Assembly: GCF_964204865.1 (NCBI RefSeq)
Contig: NC_135263.1
Location: 13,454,001-13,518,000, forward strand
Direction: 5' to 3'
Length of the DNA stretch: 64,000 nucleotides
From: Styela clava
Lineage: Eukaryota
Part shown: one piece after another, positions 27,501-41,438 of the stretch
Numbering within the stretch: position 1 is the first letter of the stretch
Layout of the letters: the number at the start of each line of letters is the position of its first letter
The notes under the pieces: generated by a model
Database searches by the model: none
What the model was told of the DNA's origin: nothing
The model's input: the letters and a program-made list of their open reading frames with translations, nothing else
Program-made: the position numbers and the translations under genes

Positions 27501-30500
27501 AATGTTGGACATACTGTCTATGATTGAAACCGTGCTGCTACTAGGTAGACGAATGTAAGATTTCTGCCTATTGACTGCACAAGGGAAACCAAACATATGT
27601 ATTGGTGTTTTTTTCTAATTCCACACGAAACGGTGCCGAGATTACAATTTACAATACTTAAAAGTATTTAGATATCTCTAGCCCTCAATCTAAAAACAGT
27701 GTCGGATAAGTAGACTATACTTTGACGACCAGATTAAAAAAACGGATATGTATGATATCCAACCACGATTTGAATGGCCTATTCCAATGAGGGCTATTGA
27801 ACCTTATTTGCCAGAAGGCGTTGTAGTTCAGGACTCAGCGGTATCTTCCGGTAAAATGAGTTAATGGTTTCTGACAAGAAATTAATTGATACTTATGCTA
27901 AAAGTCATCCGGTCGAGAAAGATCACGGAGTTAATGGATGGCACTTATAAGACAAGGTCAAATGTCCGATGACGTAATTTGGTGAACAGCACATGCAGTC
28001 GCCCAAGTTACATGGAGGAATTTCTTACATAATTTGTTCTTAATCCATAATATGAAGTGCACTGTTGTAGGCTAAGCCGTAAATAACTGTGCACGGGTGA
28101 TGTCATGCGCCTGCGAGATTGTTCAACAATATTCTAGAGTCCTCTATTTGACTCAATTTTTCAAGAACTCGATATATTCTTGTGATTTAACCCCAATCTA
28201 GCATTTCATGAAAATTAGACAAACTATGATTTTGTTCGACTTCTTGGTATGAATAGGGTGATAGCCCCACACAATCATCAAATACCTAACTATTTATGTT
28301 TATTTTTCAGGAATCAGACGAACCAGATGCCGCCAAATCAATGAGCATTGGAAGTGACGTTACGAAAAGTACAAATGATCTGAAAAAGACGGGATCTGAA
28401 ATTAATTTAGATTTGGGTGAGTACAAATTATTCTTATTCGAATCCGTCATAATGATATGGCTTGTTAAAAATATTTTTCCACTGTTGCAATTCAATGCAA
28501 GATAAACTTGAGGTATCACAATCTCAAAAACTTTACATGTCTCCCATTTCTGGTTCGATTATCGCCGATGCTTCACGTGGATTGAATATAGCATACAATG
28601 TGCATTATTGTCAATTCCTTATCATTGGTACCCAATGGAAATTCCATCCAATAAAATTTATATTGTAAACTAATGACGATAACAGGATAAGTCTGCCCTG
28701 GTATGGGCCAATTAAGCAAAATAGTATTATACATCGATATAACATGCTTGACTGAAGTTAATCATTTGTGGCGCCCACTTTCACGCTTATAAAACATTGC
28801 AGAATTTTATCACCATACCGTGTACGGTTAGTTGTAAGATTGATTCATATCATGTTTGATTTAGATTAAAATTCTTGTTTCTCACAAGACATTAAATATG
28901 GATGAAGTCTATGGGGAGGGAGATCTGATGACGTAATTAGATACTTGTACGGGAGTAGCGTAGAATCAAGTCTTATTTTTATTATATATCCCAGTATTTA
29001 TCGATTGCGTGTTATAGGGAACGGAAGCGGTATGCGAAAGAAATCTTACTATGCCTAGCTGAGGTAAACATGCCTCCGAAGGTCGTTGAACATCATAAAT
29101 GTACAAGAAGGTAAAACCCACAGGGTATTCAAAAATATATAGACTGTATGAGAAGAATCCGTGTAGCAGAGAGAATAATGGTATATATATATGTAATCTT
29201 CTAGTTGTCGGGTATAGAGCAACCGAGAAGTGGATAGGAATAAATATAACTTGGAATTGAAGGTGTAAAATAAGGCTGGCTGTTTCCTCGATTTTAAATT
29301 GACTTGTCTGCGCGTCATAAACATGGAGTATATATTTGCTTGTTCGACTCGCCATAATCTGTATTCCAAAGTATTTGCGGCTCACGAGTAGTTGATATGT
29401 TTTAATCCATCTGGTTCAACACACTGGCTTTTGCAATACGATAAAGTATGATTTTGTTCGCCAAAAAATAGCAACCAGTATGCCCAGTTTTCCTTTATGT
29501 TCCAAACATTATGCAAGGGATATCGTCTTCACCTTCTCGCCATTCTTAAGAAGACACTATCTTCGAATTATCGCGAGGACACAACGTGCCCATAAGCAAA
29601 CGGCTGTCTACGCGTGATTGCAATCAGCGTAAGAGGAAACGACGTGCAGTTTGATCAATTCGAGGCGAGTTGACTACAAGCGACATGTTACGGCATTAGC
29701 TGCAATTTTGCACTGGCGGTAATTTTTAGTCAATCCAACGTATAAAGTAATGCTTGGTCGATCCTAATAGGTATCGCACAGGTCTAGATGCATTCCCTAC
29801 GCGAAAATTAGGCTGTATGGTAAAGCCTTTAAAATTTAGGTATAAATGCATTATTCAGATTTCCATCGCAAATTAACTTAGTCGATGTCCAAGTTTTCTT
29901 TAGCTAGGACGGAATCTAGAGTAGAATGTAAATAAATAAGAAACCATAGCCGATTACTGCACCTTTTAAAATTGTGGTATTGAAGACATTTCTATTCATC
30001 GTCTCCATTATGAGAGTTAGTTGGCATTGGTTTGAAATCGTTGACAGCATATGACATATGAAAATACTCAATATTCAGCAACTATTAATAAATGCCTTAC
30101 AGTTACCGGTAGGCATTTATTATTCGGATGAATGCTATAGGTCAAATATGACTTGGACAAACAGGAAATGTCAGCATAAAATGTAACAGAAATATGACGT
30201 TGCGATGATCCGACACCTGGATTGACATTTCATTCTATAGTATTTAGTGTTATCTCTGTCTTAGAATCACCAAGTGTTTGCCGAGTCGCAGGTAGCATTG
30301 GCGTCTGATTTCAGGCATATTATTGACTATACAGTATTTCAACTAATGTTCGAAATGTAGTTGTCTTTGCTAGATCTTTATGGATCTAACGAAAATAGCA
30401 TTATAGATCAGATAATTGTGTAACTGTACCGCCTTGGTTCTGCTTGCCAAAAAACGATAAAAATATATATACGGAAAAGTCGCACGCTTTTTTATGTGTT

Positions 30501-33500
30501 CTAAATTGTTGCAAAAGAAGTAAAACTAAAGCAGCTTTGCTTTTTCGAGATACTTTGTGGAAGTACAGGCTGCAGTCGTTTCAACACACTTGCCATGTAT
30601 CGTCAAACTCGTGTTGTAGGCTTATCACGTACTCTGTTATCGTATTCGACAAGAGCGCTCAAGTTATGCTAGTTATAATTAGCATTCGCCGGAGTTGACT
30701 CGGGTAATTAGTCCCTCACATCGCTAGCAATCTGCTTACTGAACAGTGCAAATTAACCACAAATAGCGATTTGTTTCTTATGTCCATCTATAAATAATTG
30801 AGCATCATAATGCATAGAACATGGGAAACAGCATATCTTATGTAGTGTCGAAATATTTCAACCGAGATTGATTCGATATATTTATGACCATTGTTTGGTC
30901 AATCACAATTTATTCAGCGCACAAGGTGGCGGCGTGAAATATTCGTCGCATTCTTCATCTGTCGGCCTGTAGCTGTTTGTGTACCAATTAGTCGGCCGTT
31001 AGAGGTAAACAACCATGAAACGCGAAGTAACGTGCGTTGCAAAGTATTAGGGCCGTTTAGTAATCAATGACAACACTTCAGTGAGGAAAATTTAGAGCAG
31101 TTTGATTTCGAACAGATAATGAATGACCCTGTCATAACCAGTGGCATCGTAGTTTGAAAGATATACGTTCAATTGTAAAGGCGTGGATGATCATTAGTTC
31201 GGAACAACTTGCAGGTACTAGGGATATACAAGAGTATTGTCGGTCTGACTTAGATAATGGTTTAATTAATCATGTATGTATATGATTGGAAAAACAATCC
31301 TTCCCAGGAAATCCTTTTTTTTTCATTTCATAAAAATGTAAAATATATTAAAATGATTATCTGGTATGTGTGAATCACAATTCTTTTGTCTCGTTGCAAC
31401 AGTAAATTATCTAATGGCTTTAGCGTCACACTGTCGATCTTCGACAATATTGCTGCTGTGACCATGGTTTTGAAAATTATGACACATAAACGCTTTAAAA
31501 TTAGTATTTCATTGAATCGCAAACCAGAAGTTAAATAAGGCTGCTTCAATATCATTGTGCAATCTGGTATGGTCATAAATATATGCACTGTATTAGTATA
31601 TATTTTCATGGCTTGTGATGGACTATGTTGCATACGCTCGTGAATCGGCTAACCCGAAAAATCTGTGTCATTTCCCGTTCTGTATCACGAGTGGCTAATA
31701 ATATACACGGATAAGGCTGGATGGAGCTGGATAAGTTATACTACCAAAACTAGTTTCCACCTGGACCAGTTTTGATTTAGATATTACATCACAACTTGGA
31801 ATTAATGATTTTACTCAGTCCAGCCGACAGAATCTAGTACTATAGCTGGATATGATATATTTGGACCGTGTTTCAATCCGAACAACTAAAGTCATCAATC
31901 TCGGAATGTGGATGTGACTCCGATGCATGCTAGTTTAAGTAATGATTGAGATGACTCCAAGGGCACAAGTCTATTATAAGGAGGTACATAAATCGTGTGA
32001 AGTATAGTTCAAGTAACGATGTCATATTTTTGTAACCAAGCAACGGCAATAAAGAGGTGTACTTAGATTTGTTTGCTCACTTATCTTTGACGCTGCTCAA
32101 ATGTGTGTATAGGCAGGTAAAGCATGACACAACTCATCAGTTACAAGCATCGAAAGTTCGCAGTGTTAGGTGTATTACATGTACATCTAGAAGTTATCAA
32201 CGAGCAGGATTGGCATATTGATCTCTTTTTACGACATTCGTATCGCATTTGTGGTGGTCATTTGCCTAATGGATATTGGCAATTACGAGATTCGTGTCGA
32301 TATTGGTAGTTGTGTTTTATGGCCTTTTTACGTTTGAGACCTTCGATTGAACTATCATTTTACGGAAAGTAATTCCTCCGATCCCTTTCCCCATTTACTA
32401 CTCGTTACAAGCCATCTCCTCACTCTTGAAGAAATTGATTACTTGAGTTTTGTCGAGAGAACCGAGTTTATTAGGCCGCTATTGGACATGATTCATCGGG
32501 CAAGTTCATACAAAGTCGTTGAAGCAAAATGCCGTGCGAGTGCGATTAAACGACTACATACAATATAATTAATCCGCGATTATGGGAGCTCATAATAAAA
32601 GTAATGAAGCCGCAACAATCGCGAAGGCCTTAGTCTAGTGATTAAATTAACATTGTATGAATGGGATTGAACTGTCAATTAATTTACGCCGTACATGAAG
32701 ATATCAAATGAATACATAGCTCTTAGATATTGTGCAAGTTCATTTGAGGGTGCGATAGTTTGTCAGATAATATTAAAGTCCTGAGGATTAGTTACCGAAT
32801 AGTTAGTGGAAGATGTCGTCTTGATCACATGGGTTAGACCTGCTGGTAAAGTCTAATGTGGCGGTATTTCTAAATTGTTTCAAATAAATCCCTGGGTATG
32901 TGCTTGTCGTCAAGTGTAGGGTACAAGCTTCATCATCGCCCCCAATTGAAAGCTCTATTAGAAAAAAAAATCTTGAATGTAAACTAGTACTACCATCTAT
33001 TATTATTTAACATTCATCCCTAATATGCAGTCATTGTCACTTCGTAGATAAGTGACTATTTTCATTCAAGATTCCGCAAGTAAAGAGCAGTCTAAATAAA
33101 TACATCTACCCTTTGAATGGGGTTTAATGAATGCAAGCACGAAACAGAATGTTACCATCAATTTATATCGATTTTTGGGGCTGTAGATTTCCAGCCTTGA
33201 CAACTCTATGGTAGTGAGACGCAACTTTTTTTTCGATGAATAAGCATACTAATATTGTATAATTAATAGATGATCCGAATTTGAGTAAAGGGCGAGATTA
33301 ATTTCACGGTTACATTATGCAATCATCGGTGCCTGATTGTCCATTTGCTTGTGGAGAGATACTTGGCAGTGCTATTTATCAATACATATTTTGAAAAATC
33401 TGATAATGTCAGGAAAAATTATCAGTCAAAATATGTGATAATTATTATAGATGTTTGCAACATCAAATTTAGATAATGTATAGAATAGACAATAGATATC

Positions 33501-36500
33501 CGCTGATTGTTTAACTTCGCTTTTGAATGGCGAAATCTGTTGACATACTACTATCAAATGTACATAGGAGGTACTTGATACACGCATTGTCTGTCGCCTG
33601 TACTTCAGTTGTCGCGATACTTTCATATAGGATCATTCGCCCTGGTTATTGATTAATAAAATACTTTTATTTCATGTTCCTGACACTCAAGCACTTCTGA
33701 TGATGTCATTTATCAAGTTATGTTTTATTGGGCTTGTTTGGGGGAAGTTGAAAGATGTTGCAAAGTTGAGCAGTTTATCGGAGTCGAAAAAGCAAATTTC
33801 CATCATCGCCTGATAGGGATATAGCCGAATATAAAATGCAAACGATTTTATGAATATTTCATTAGTCTGCACACTTACGCAAAATCCCCCAGTCGGCCAA
33901 TTCACTGGCAAACTTGCCGGAAGGTAGTAGCAGATTCAGTGGTAACGCGACATCGGTAACTCACACAATTTTATGTTTAACATAGATGGCGGACAACTAT
34001 TTAGCCAAAGTAGAAGTGACTTTTTATTAAAAGAAAAACCAACATGACATTGTGGATTTTTGTTCCGGAAGTGCGTTTGTCACGTAATAGGTCGTGAGTT
34101 GCAAGAACAGTGATTTCTTGCACGAAAGTTTAGAGAAACTTAACGCTTTTGTATTAGTTTATGTTGAATTTATAACGTGTAAATGCTTATCGTTGCATGA
34201 ATTTTTATTTTTCACCGAAGCTTATCGATCCTCTCGTGGAATTGTTATCGCAAAGTATGTTTGTATAATTTTGCATTTGCTAACCAAGTAACTCATTTGT
34301 CTTTATACATTTTCAGACATGAATGATTTACCAATAAGCGTACCAAGGTTAAATAACAAAGCAGCTTATGATAAGATTGCGCTGAGGCCGAAGAGAAGAG
34401 CCGCCGGTAGATCACGAGGTGCTCAGGTAAGCTATGAAAAAGTAACGTGCAACCTTGGAAATTTAAGGTTAGCTTCCACTCATTATACTTTACGGCTTTA
34501 CGCTGTAAAGAGACGCCTCAATTTTGTGCTGCAATTTCAGAGATTCTATTATAAAATCAACGTGGCTCATCACGTGGTCTCGTGACCTGTCTATCTATAC
34601 CAATCCAATTCGCCAGCCCAAAATATGGTGATTCCACACTATTGTGCTTCATAGTTCATAGATTCGTTAAATAAAGACCGTTTGAATGTCATGGTACCAC
34701 CTCAAATTCCCGCATGTTTTTTTTTTCAGCAAAAGCATGTGATTCGAGTAGAGGCACAAATTAACGGATTTCCTGATTCACCAACCATCGAAGATGAAAA
34801 AGAAGAAATATCCAGAGGTAAGTAAATAGTAATAAGTTCAACTAACAATGATAACTAGCAAGAGGTATTTGACAGGAAATTCAGATGCTTCATTTAGAGC
34901 CATACACAAATGGCCTCGACAATTCGGTGCTGCTTAGCTTTTTGGAGAAACGTTTTGTGGAAAACCGAGTTTACATTTATCAACCCCACATGCTTTGTGC
35001 TTATTATTTGATTAATATATACTATTTATTATTAGTTACAGTATCAATTTACGCTTCGGCCACTTTTTGTGTGTATAAAATATTTCATTCATGCATAATC
35101 CAACTTATTTCTAGATATTTCTCCGCCTCGAGCGAAGAAACCCCGGCCACCAAGCTTCTCACTACAACCACCTCAAGCAGAACAGAGCGCAACTGGATCT
35201 GGAACGACTGTCACACCCAATAGACATTCTATGTTTGGCAGATCACCATTGGGTGCGGCGCCGGGGATGATTGTTCCGACATTAGAAGACATGCAAAAAA
35301 TTAAGCTACGTAAACGACAACCAGAATTGGAGCCCAAAACCACTGACAAATCAACCAAAGAAAAACCGATGTCGAACAAATCAGATGTTGACAAGTCCAA
35401 ACTATCAAAAAAATCCAATTCTTCGGAGAAGAAACCTACCAAACAGGATCAAAAGGGTCAATCGGATGGAGGTTCTTCTATTTTTCCTTGGAAAAATAAA
35501 TCAAGTTCGTCGTCCAAAAGTCCGCCCGCCAATCCGAATGCTCTCGAAGACGCACAAAAAGAAAATGAGAAACCAAAACCAACTAAGAAAAATGTTAGTG
35601 CAAAAGACTCGAAATTGGGGTCGGCATCGAAACTATTTTCGGGGAATGACAAAAAAGAAACGACTAAAAAGAAGCCTTTTGGTTTGGGGAGAAAAGACAA
35701 AAATCATTCGGGTAATAATTCCAAAACAAAAAGTGAAAATACAACAGCTGAAAGCGTCGTGAAAATGGATTTGTCGAGTTCGGAAAAGGAAATTGAGGAG
35801 AAGACCAACGTGGAATCGGAAAAAATGAATGCCCATCAAGACGGTGGTGAATCTCCTGAAATTGTTGAAAATGAACCGAAGCAAAAACAAAATGTCAAAA
35901 GCAAATACGCGGATATGTTAAAACTGGAAGCAGAAAAATTGGCGGAAAAAAGAGTTGACGATGACCATGAAAAACCACCGTCCCCTATATCGCCTCTTGA
36001 TGTCGAAAAGATGATATTTGGTGATAGCTCGAAACAAAAAACTGTTGAGCATAACGAAATACCGCAAATCGACAAGCCCGACTCACCAAAATCACCGCTT
36101 GAACAGAAAATATCGATTTTCGGCGAAACCTTCAAACTAAAATCTCCTGATAAAGCGACAAATACATTCACTATCAATAACGTGACCGAAACAGAATCTG
36201 CAAAAGAAAAAGAACAAGATGTAACGATTAAGAAGAACACAGTAGTTCAGGAGGAAAAGAAAGATGAGCCCCTATCGCCTGTTAGAAAAGTGACAAGTCC
36301 TATAGAGGCACATGTGGAAGCTAAGTCGATATTGAAACGTTCGAAAAGTCACGAATATAATGCGGATATCACAAAGCATGTTGTACAGTCTGGTCAATGC
36401 GCAAAGGTGGAAAATTTGGAATACAAAGACGACATTTCTGAGCAACCGTCTTCTGAACAAATAGAGGAATCAAAATCACAAGTATCAGACAAAATCACAT

Positions 36501-37911
36501 TGACTACAAAAAAGAAGTCGTCGCCAGTATTTCCCAGAGCTCGCAACGAGGATCAAAAACATGTGTTTGGTGATAGAAAGATCCGTGCAAATACTGAACC
36601 AAGTGTAGGCAAAACAAAAGAGCCAAGTACAAACGAAGGCCAAAAGTCTACAACTATCTCACCGAAAACGCCGACGAACCCATTGTCAGATGAACAGCCA
36701 GGAGGACTTTATTCCCGTAACAAACTGAAATCGATTGGAGATAGAACCGGAACTGAGAAATTTGGGGAACGGAAATCTGAATCTTTCAAAGCCTCATTGG
36801 TAACTTCGCCAACAAGGGCTCTGCGGACCCGCTCATTCAACGTCGGATCGAACTCTCCTGTACAGGCTAAAATTTTAGCAGGTCAAAAAAACAAAGCGGA
36901 AACTCGTGATACAATAGAGAAAATTCCGAGTTCGCGAACTTTAAGCCCCACAAAAGAGAAGCCAGCTATTGCCACTAAGTCCCCGAAAACCCCGGATAAA
37001 AGCCCAATGAAAACATCCAAAACTTTATTTCAAGATGTTGAAAATAATAATATAAAACCAACTGAAAAAGTTGAAACAATCAAACAGCTTGATAAGTCGG
37101 AAGAAAGTGAAGTTATTGTCAAACCTGTTTTGCGTAGGAACACGACGAAATCTCGATCCTCCCGGGAAAAAGATAACAAAAATACGGACGGTGTTCCATC
37201 TTGGATACAACTGGCCAAACGACGATCGAAAATATGGGAAGATGGTCAGGCGAAAAATGAAACTGTAAGTTCTTTCATATTCTTTTAATATTTCAAAGTT
37301 GTACAGCAAACTAAATTACATTATTTGTTGCTGACATTTACATAAAAATGTAGCGAGTGCGTTTACATGTAAATGAGAATCCATGCTGCAAATATGTAAG
37401 TCCCAATTTTATTATTTTGATTCAGAATTCATCGTCTCAGAAAACCACGGCGGACAAGGCGCCCGAGAAGGACGCCGGTCGGCCGAAATCCTTGAAGGTG
37501 ACACCTGCAGAGTCTACCAACAAGCCGGAGGTCGAAAAAAATGTATCGAAGCCGGCGCCGAAAGAACGCAAAAATTTACCAGGAAAAATAACAGCATCAA
37601 ACACTGCAAGATTTGAAAAGGATACAAACGCGTCGAGAGAACGACCGAATCTTCCGCAAAAGAAATCCACTACGCCAACTTCTAAGTCATCAATAGCTCC
37701 GAAGGAACGCAAAGGCAGTTTGATGAGCCCCGATCCACCTTCTCCGACCTCTGACCAAACCAATCGAACTGCTCCTATCCCCAACATCAGCATGGTATCC
37801 CCAAAGCATGTGATGAGCGGCTCAAAAGAAGTGAAATCTGATGGGCAGCCATCTTGGTTGGCTATAGCTATGCGCAAACAGAAAACGTGGGTCAAGGAAG
37901 AAACAGTGTGA
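15590..37911 (+). CDS. CRACD: CRACD/KIAA1211-family protein (capping protein inhibiting regulator of actin dynamics-like, DUF4592), about 1094 aa
   Basis: Phase-consistent exons: 15590-15656, 16348-16471, 17261-17414, 28311-28416, 34317-34426, 34730-34817, 35115-37264, 37426-37911 (3285 nt in total). Family motifs: basic RKRFKPLRAIRRMFRGKKK; RSFSHESVFAPE (cf. RAFSHDSIFIP); ALSADNV (cf. AMSQDNI); LPISVPRLNNKAAYDKIALRPKRR (cf. IPLAIARLDNSAAKHKLAVKPKKQR); C-terminal PSWIQLAKRRSKIW and PSWLAIAMRKQKTW. Exact orthology among CRACD, CRACDL and KIAA1210 cannot be resolved here. Confidence 0.8.
26329..27099 (+). CDS. Probable alternative first coding exon of the CRACD-like gene (257 aa, Ser/Lys/Glu-rich)
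   Basis: Open frame from ATG 26329 with an in-frame TAA at 26302 upstream. It ends ...ELETK|gttatt in phase 0, compatible with the phase-0 acceptor at 28311. Composition resembles the large exon of the same gene. Confidence 0.6.
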
Positions 37912-38737
37912 ATTTGGAAGCGTGCTATTTATGAGGCCAGGAATTATCGCGAACAATTCGACAAACAGAAAATGTTTTACCATAGTGAAATTCGAACATT
38001 AAGCTCATGATTCTATGATTGGAAGTTTTGGAGTTTGTAAAAATGGTTCCCGCGTAATCAGACGTAGTCTACTTGGTATAGGTTCGATAAACAGTGGAAT
38101 GTTGGCCCAATTTGCCTCAAAATTAAATATATTTTGTGCAATAATATTAAAGGGAGAAAAGCCTGAAAGAAATTGGAATGGTAATTTGTAACGCGAAGTT
38201 TTTGATGTGGCTTTCAAGTACGTTTATTTGTTTAAGTATGACATTATTTACCTATTTTAAATAATTCAGATATAGCGCGAGTTGTTCCTATTTCCAAGGT
38301 CATATTTCTTACTCTATCACAATCTATTCTATACTAACTATACAATGGTAGCCGCCATTGCTTCCTCTTTCGAATTACCTTCACGTCACTAATTCAAAAC
38401 TTTCATTCAATATTATCTACTGCATAGCTGCTCATAATTATAATTGCAACCGTGTTGATTCTTATTTTTGCATTTTTTTCTTCTTTTTAGAGTACAATAA
38501 TACTGATATTTGCGATCAATAATACAACGTCGTACATTAAAAGGCAGACTTTTTATTTTCTATTGGTTTTGAAAACGAAGTGGTCATTTATTAGCCAACA
38601 AATATCGAAAAACTGAGATGTAAAGCGCCTCAAATAAGATTATAGGCGAAAGGGTGAAATCGGCTCCTGCGATGGGCCGAGATTTTTAGGGCCTGTTTGA
38701 ACAAAATTATCTGGGTCTGTTTCGTATGCGTCTAGTG

Positions 38738-40258
38738 CAGTGTTTCCCAACCCGAGTCCGCGGTCTCAAATGAGTCCGCGGATTGTTTGAATGAGTCCGC
38801 AACAAGTCAGATTTTCACTGCGGGCCGCAAACGTTTTTGCGAAACTTTACCATCAGCCAAGTTATTCACATAACATTAATCAATTCAATAATTACTGGAT
38901 ACTGAGTAGGGTTGGTCATATATTCAACTATTAGAATGGCAATTTGCTATTCGAAAATTTGATAACAGGTGACGCGACAGGTCACTCTCGCGTCGCTCAA
39001 TCAAACTATTGAATTTCACAACTCACTTTCGGATTTCCGATGAAAACACGGGTCGGCACACGCGTGAATAGATACCTAAATGGTGTTTCTCGCGCGCTCG
39101 AACAACTAGGATTAATGTTTTTTTTCTGGTAGGTATCAAGGGTGGCAACCTAAATTTTCTAAATTGAAAAGCTGCAATACTGAAAATAAAATGGAGAGCA
39201 CCATCATTTTTGTTTTATGATGGTCCACGACAGATTAAAAGCGCTTTTTTATACACTGAAAATCGCAATATTTCGGGGGCTACTGTAGTAAGGGCTTTTT
39301 CCCTTAGGATTATTTGCTTTACTGTCTCCACATTGGTACGTACAGTTCTGGAGCGCCGTAAGTGTTGTACCAACAGCTCAGATTTGTCAAATTTAAACGC
39401 CTTTTTATACCTTGCAAATCGCAAAATTTCGGGTGCTACTGTAGTAAGGGCTTTTCCCCTTCGGATTATTTGCTTTACTGTCTCGACACAAGTACGTACA
39501 GTACTGGAGCGCGGTAAGTGTTATACGAACAGCTCAGATTCGTCGAATTTACAAAAATACGAATCCAAACAAAATATAATCGGTCACTTCACCACGCATT
39601 TTTGTGTCCACGGATTGTTATATTTCCTTAGTAGTATTGCTTTTATTTCGTCAACACAACTGCAGATTAAAATGATCACGATTAAATTAATATTAAAGCA
39701 AGGCGATGAATAATTTTTTTTGATTTACTAATATATATACTTTGATTATATTTTTAATAAATACTAAATTAAGTTGTACTTTCATGGAATTTATAGCAGG
39801 TAGTAGAAATTTTGTAACGGCGATAACAAATTCGCAAGACCGCGAAAAAATATGTATCAAAACTAAATATAATCGGGCTATATATTTTCATATTATTATG
39901 TTCGCAGAGAGCCGTGGCATTTTAAAGAAGTAATGCTTTCATCTTGTTGTAAGTCGGAGCAACCGCGAGTTACCATGAACACAATTAAATTAAAACCGAA
40001 AGGAATTTTAAATTCCCGTCGTTGTCATGGATTGAATATAGTGCGACAGAAAAGGCCATTTATACACTAAAAATTCGACTCTTTTAACAAACGCGCGATT
40101 TCGGCAAATTTCGGATTGTGGAAATCGTTAAAATTCTGTTGTGTTTAGTTTTATTACTTCTTCACGCTGAGTACATTTGCAATAAACGCACGTTGAGTCC
40201 GCAAAGGTTTTCGCCGGTGAAAAAATAGTCCGCGACCAAAAAAGGTTGGGAAACGCTG
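38738..40258. mobile_element. Non-autonomous hAT element with TIRs and a perfect 8-bp TSD
   Basis: TIRs CAGTGTTTCCCAACC / GGTTGGGAAACGCTG. TSD GTCTAGTG at 38730-38737 and 40259-40266. Subterminal GTCCGC repeats. Confidence 0.85.
39241..39552. repeat. Two-copy tandem repeat of about 156 bp inside the hAT element
   Basis: cgc.tttttatac...aatcgcaa.atttcggg.gctactgtagtaagggc... is repeated at a 156-nt period. Confidence 0.85.
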
Positions 40259-41438
40259 GTCTAGTGCCATAATCGCAAAAATGGTTATTTATGCACGGAA
40301 TTTTCTTTGCTGGTAGCCTATGTATATCTGATTTAGGAAATCCACATGGGTTTCTGCCAGACCATGCAAGCAACTTTTTATTATAGCTATCTGAAATAGA
40401 GAATGGTTGCTCGCCAATAAAAGAAATAAACACTACGTGAGAATTTGAGAAATGAAAACACATATTTCTCACAAATTTCAGAGACTAACTGGAAAGTATT
40501 TATCCTGCTGAAATCAACGTGACGGCATTGATCAATTGCTTATTTGACGACTGAGATTTACTGGATGCGCTAATTATCGTGTCTTATCATCCTCCTATAT
40601 TAGCCGAATAAATACGAAAATTGAAAGCCAAGTCTTGACTCACTGCCGTTACTGTACAACGGTGGTTTTCTCTCATGTGGTTCTAAACATATTCTGAACT
40701 TTTTGTGGCCGCACAAAAAACATACCCGAATAAATTGGTATAGGTAAACATACGATTAATTTCACCTTTAATAGAGGCGTCGCGGGGGACAATCCATGTT
40801 GTTATCTTTGTGTTGACACCATTGCAGCTTCAGATTGCAACCTCCTGAAAATAGTACCAAATAACGCACACCCAGTCAATCATTTCCTGGCCCCCGTTGT
40901 GAAAAACGAGGCTGGTTCCATTGACCAAACTTTTCGCAACAGACGACCTATGCTAAACCTGTTAAATAAGCTAGTTTTATAACCTTGGACCAGCTTCAAC
41001 TCAACTAAATGTTGATTCAAAATAAACCACACAAGCATCCCGTTAGGCCAAAAGAATAACCAATATGATCAAAGTGACTATAGTTCATAGTCACCTTGAA
41101 TATGATAGACTGGTGCCATAAAAACGTTCTTTCGTTGGCGATTAAAATTAGCGTTAAAATGGAGAATACCGACTTTTTTGTCTGCGATAAACAAGTTTAC
41201 TGTGACCTAACAATTGAAATGTGTGTAGCCGCGTGGTCACTCGGTTTCCCTTTTTCTGGTGTTTTGTCTTACAAAGATTTGTGTATATATCAAATTACTT
41301 TAGTTTAGGGCATGGCATGCTAGTGCCCCTATGTTTAGTCTGTGCAAACCTGTTGCACAGGTACATAATGGCTCAAATGACGATCTTTTGCAGTCTCGCA
41401 CGGCAGAGAGTTCGTGGAAATACCGGCTATGCGACGAG

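Noticed and set aside
28966-29385. Overlapping 139-aa and 104-aa minus-strand ORFs in a CRACD-like intron
   Set aside because: No recognisable domain, splice structure or coding-like composition.
39210-39713. 167-aa ORF with an internal duplication
   Set aside because: It reflects a 156-bp tandem repeat inside a non-autonomous hAT element and has no recognisable domain.
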